From: Eledone cirrhosa
Lineage: Eukaryota
Length of the DNA: 64,000 nucleotides
Assembly: GCA_964016885.1 (NCBI GenBank)
Contig: CAXHJY010000001.1
Coordinates: 186,001 to 250,000, forward strand
Reading direction: 5' to 3'
Shown here: one piece after another, positions 61,001 to 64,000 of the stretch
Layout of the letters: each line of letters begins with the position of its first letter
How positions within the stretch are numbered: position 1 is the first letter of the stretch
The notes under the pieces: model-generated
The model's database searches: none
The model's input: only the letters and a program-made list of their open reading frames with translations
What the model was told of the DNA's origin: nothing
Program-made: the position numbers and the translations under genes

Positions 61001-64000
61001 CCCATGTCACACTACCATGTAACATATCTACACATTCATCACCCATGTCACACTACCATAACATATCTCCACATTCATCACCCATGTCACACTACCATGT
61101 AACATATCCTCCACATATATCACCCATGTCACACTACCATGTAACATATCCTCCACATTCATCACCCATGTCTCACTACCATAACATAACCTCCACATTC
61201 ATCACCCATGTCACACTACCATAACATATCCTCCACATTCATCACCCATGTCACACTACCATGTAACATATCCTCCACATTCATCACCCATGTCTCACTA
61301 CCATAACATAACCTCCACATTCATCACCCATGTCACACTTCCGTGTAACATATCCTCCAAATTCATCACCTATGTCACACTACCATGTAATATATCCTAC
61401 ACTTTCATCACCCATGTCTCACTACCATGTAACATATCCTCCACATTCGTCACCCATGTATCACTACCATAACATATCTCCACATTCATCATCCATGTCA
61501 CACTACCATGTAACATATCCTCCACATTCATCACCCATGTCACATAACCTCCACATTCATCACCCATGTCTCACTACCATAACATATCCTTCACATTCAT
61601 CACCCATGTCTCACTACCATAACATAACCTCCACATTCATCACCCATGTCACACTACCATGTAACATATCCTCCACATTCATCACCCATGTCTCACTACC
61701 ATAACATAACCTCCACATTCATCACCCATGTCTCAATACCATAACATATCCTTCACATTAATCAACCATGTATCACTACCATAACATAACCTCCACATTC
61801 ATCACCCATGTCACACTACCATAACATATCTCCACATTCATCACCCATGTAACATATCCTCCACATTCATCACCCATGTCTCACTACCATAACATAACCT
61901 CCACATTCATCACCCTTGTCACACTACCATAACATATCCTTCACATTCATCACCCATGTCACACTACCATGTAACATATCCTCCACATTCATCACCCATG
62001 TCTCACTACCATAACATAACCTCCACATTCATCACCCATGTCACACTACCGTGTAACATACCCTCCACATTCATCACCTATGTCACACTACCATGTAATA
62101 TATCCTCCACATTCATCACCCATGTCACACTACCATGTAACATATCCTCCACATTCATCACCCATGTCTCACTACCATAACATAACCTCCACATTCATCA
62201 CCCATGTCACACTACCGTGTAAGATCTCCTCCACATTCATCACCTATGTCACACTACCATGTAATATATCCTCCACATTCATCACCCATCTCTCACTACC
62301 ATGTAACATATCCTCCACATTCATCACCCATGTCACACTACCATGTCACATAACCTCCACATTCATCACCCATGTCTCACTACCATAACATATCCTTCAC
62401 ATTCATCACCCATGTCTCACTACCATAACATAACCGCCACATTCATCACCCATGTCACACTACCGTGTAAGATCTCCTCCACATTCATCACCTATGTCAC
62501 ACTACCATGTAATATATCCTCCACATTCGTCACCCATATCTCACTACCATAACATATCTCCACATTCATCATCCATGTCACACTAGCATGTAACATATCC
62601 TCCACATTCATCACCCATGTCACACTACCATGTCACATAACCTCCACATTCATCACCCATGTCTCACTACCATAACATATCCTTCACATTCATCACCCAT
62701 GTCTCACTACCATAACATAACCTCCACATTCATCACCCATGTCACACTACCGTGTAACATATCCTCCACATTCATCACCCATGTCACACTACTATGTAAC
62801 ATATCCTCCACATTCATCACCCATGTCTCACTACCATAACATAACCTCCACATTCATCACCCATGTCACACTACCGTGTAACATATCCTCCACATTCATC
62901 ACCTATGTCACACTACCATGTAATATATCCTCCACATTCATCACCCATGTCTCACTACCATGTAACATATCCTCCACATTCATCACCCATGTCACACTAC
63001 CATGTAACATATCTACACATTCATCACCCATGTCACACTACCATATCACATAACCTCCACATTCATCACCCATGTATCACTACCATGTAACATAACCTCT
63101 TCATTCATCACCCATGTCTCACTACCATAACATAACCTCCACATTCATGACCCATGTCTCACTACCATGTAACATATCCTCCACATTCATCACCCATGTC
63201 TCACTACCATGTAACATAACCTCCACATTCATCACCCATGTCTCACTACCATAACATAACCTCCACATTCATCACCCATGTCTCACTACCAGAACATATC
63301 CTCCACATTCATCACCCATGTCTCACTACTATAACATATCTCCACATTCATTATCCATGTCACACTATCATGTAACATATCCTCCACATTCATCACCCAT
63401 GTCTCACTACCATAACATATCCTTCACATTCATCACTCATGTCTCACTACCATAACATAACCTCCACATTCATCACCCATGTCACACTACCATGTAACAT
63501 ATCCTCCACATTCATCACCCATGTCTCACTACCATAACATAACCTCCACATTCATCACCCATGTCACACTACCATAACATATCCTCCACATTCATCACCC
63601 ATGTCACACTACCATGTAACATATCCTCCACATTCATCACCCATGTCTCACTACCATAACATAACCTCCACATTCATCACCCATGTCACACTACCGTGTA
63701 ACATATCCTCCACATTCATCACCTATGTCACACTACCATGTGATATATCCTACACTTTCATCACCCATGTCTCACTACCATGTAACATATCCTCCACATT
63801 CGTCACCCATTTCTCACTACCATAACATATCTCCACATTCATCATCCATGTCACACTACCATGTAACATATACTCCACATTCATCACCCATGTCACACTA
63901 CCATAACATATCTCCACATTCATCACCCATGTAACATATCCTCCACATTCATCACCCATGTAACATATCCTCCACGTTCATCACCCATGTCTCACTACCA
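48400..64000. repeat. ~6.8-7.6-kb duplication (about 48400-55000 matches about 56000-64000, the second copy expanded by the 1985-bp duplication)
   Basis: ORF offsets are 7601 (48611/56212), 6830 (50595/57425), 6870 (51421/58291 to 52475/59345), 7036 (53322/60358) and 9021 = 7036+1985 (54580/63601). The shared rare variant cagccttgtc lies at about 51691 and 58561. Confidence 0.85.
59046..63015. repeat. 1985-bp tandem duplication (59046-61030 and 61031-63015)
   Basis: ORF pairs 59263/61248, 59971/61956, 60358/62343 and 60754/62739 all have offset 1985. The variants acataccctcc and taaccgccac are in both copies. A few substitutions differ (about 59493, 59585, 62586). Confidence 0.93.

Larger units (their letters stand above)
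1..64000. repeat. Tandem satellite/minisatellite array with a 40/42-bp monomer (minor 29, 39, 41 and 53-bp variants), running off both window ends
   Basis: Positions 1-40 (tcacccatgtctcactaccataacataacctccatattca) recur head-to-tail, with point variants, to position 64000. The 42-bp form carries an extra GT (ccatGTaac vs ccataac). No non-repeat sequence was seen. Confidence 0.99.

Noticed and set aside
87-63959. The many short ORFs (60-156 aa) in the six-frame track as protein-coding genes
   Set aside because: All are translations of the same monomer. The ATG comes from the CCATG motif, frames are broken by 40-bp units, there is no unique domain, and ORFs overlap in several frames and on both strands.
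1-64000. CRISPR array or other repeat-spacer system
   Set aside because: There are no unique spacers between repeats, units abut directly and differ only by point variants or small indels, and there are no cas-like ORFs or leader.
1-64000. Canonical telomerase-type telomeric repeat
   Set aside because: There are no TTAGGG, TTAGG or TTTAGGG runs, and the 40-42-bp unit with kb-scale duplications fits recombination-driven satellite better than short templated repeats. Only the strand skew is telomere-like.
1-64000. Transposon, inverted repeat, hairpin RNA or tRNA/rRNA
   Set aside because: No terminal repeats, target-site duplications, orientation switches or non-satellite sequence were seen. 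The near absence of G on the + strand rules out substantial stem structures.
1-64000. Antigenic-variation cassette or diversity-generating template array
   Set aside because: Variation is explained by inherited point changes copied in blocks. There is no expression site, recombinase, reverse transcriptase or preserved reading frame in the window.

Overview
The whole 64 kb window is one uninterrupted, single-orientation tandem repeat array of the satellite/minisatellite type, most likely eukaryotic. The monomer is about 40/42 bp, consensus TCACCCATGTC[T/A]CACTACCAT(GT)AACATA[A/T]CCTCCACATTCA, with roughly 1,500-1,600 copies (estimated as 64,000/41). I found no unique sequence, gene, RNA gene, transposon, CRISPR spacer or inversion. 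All listed ORFs are by-products of the 42-bp (14-codon) monomer. The array is strongly structured. The monomer contains an internal 13-bp sub-repeat and three near-binary variable sites, and variant monomers are linked into fixed modules. Two variant domains interleave. Nested duplications run from 81 bp to about 22.6 kb, and some can be ordered in time by shared substitutions. The strands are very asymmetric: the + strand is about 40% C and 2.5-5% G. I cannot identify the organism or satellite family, and I see no evidence for a new protein-coding system.
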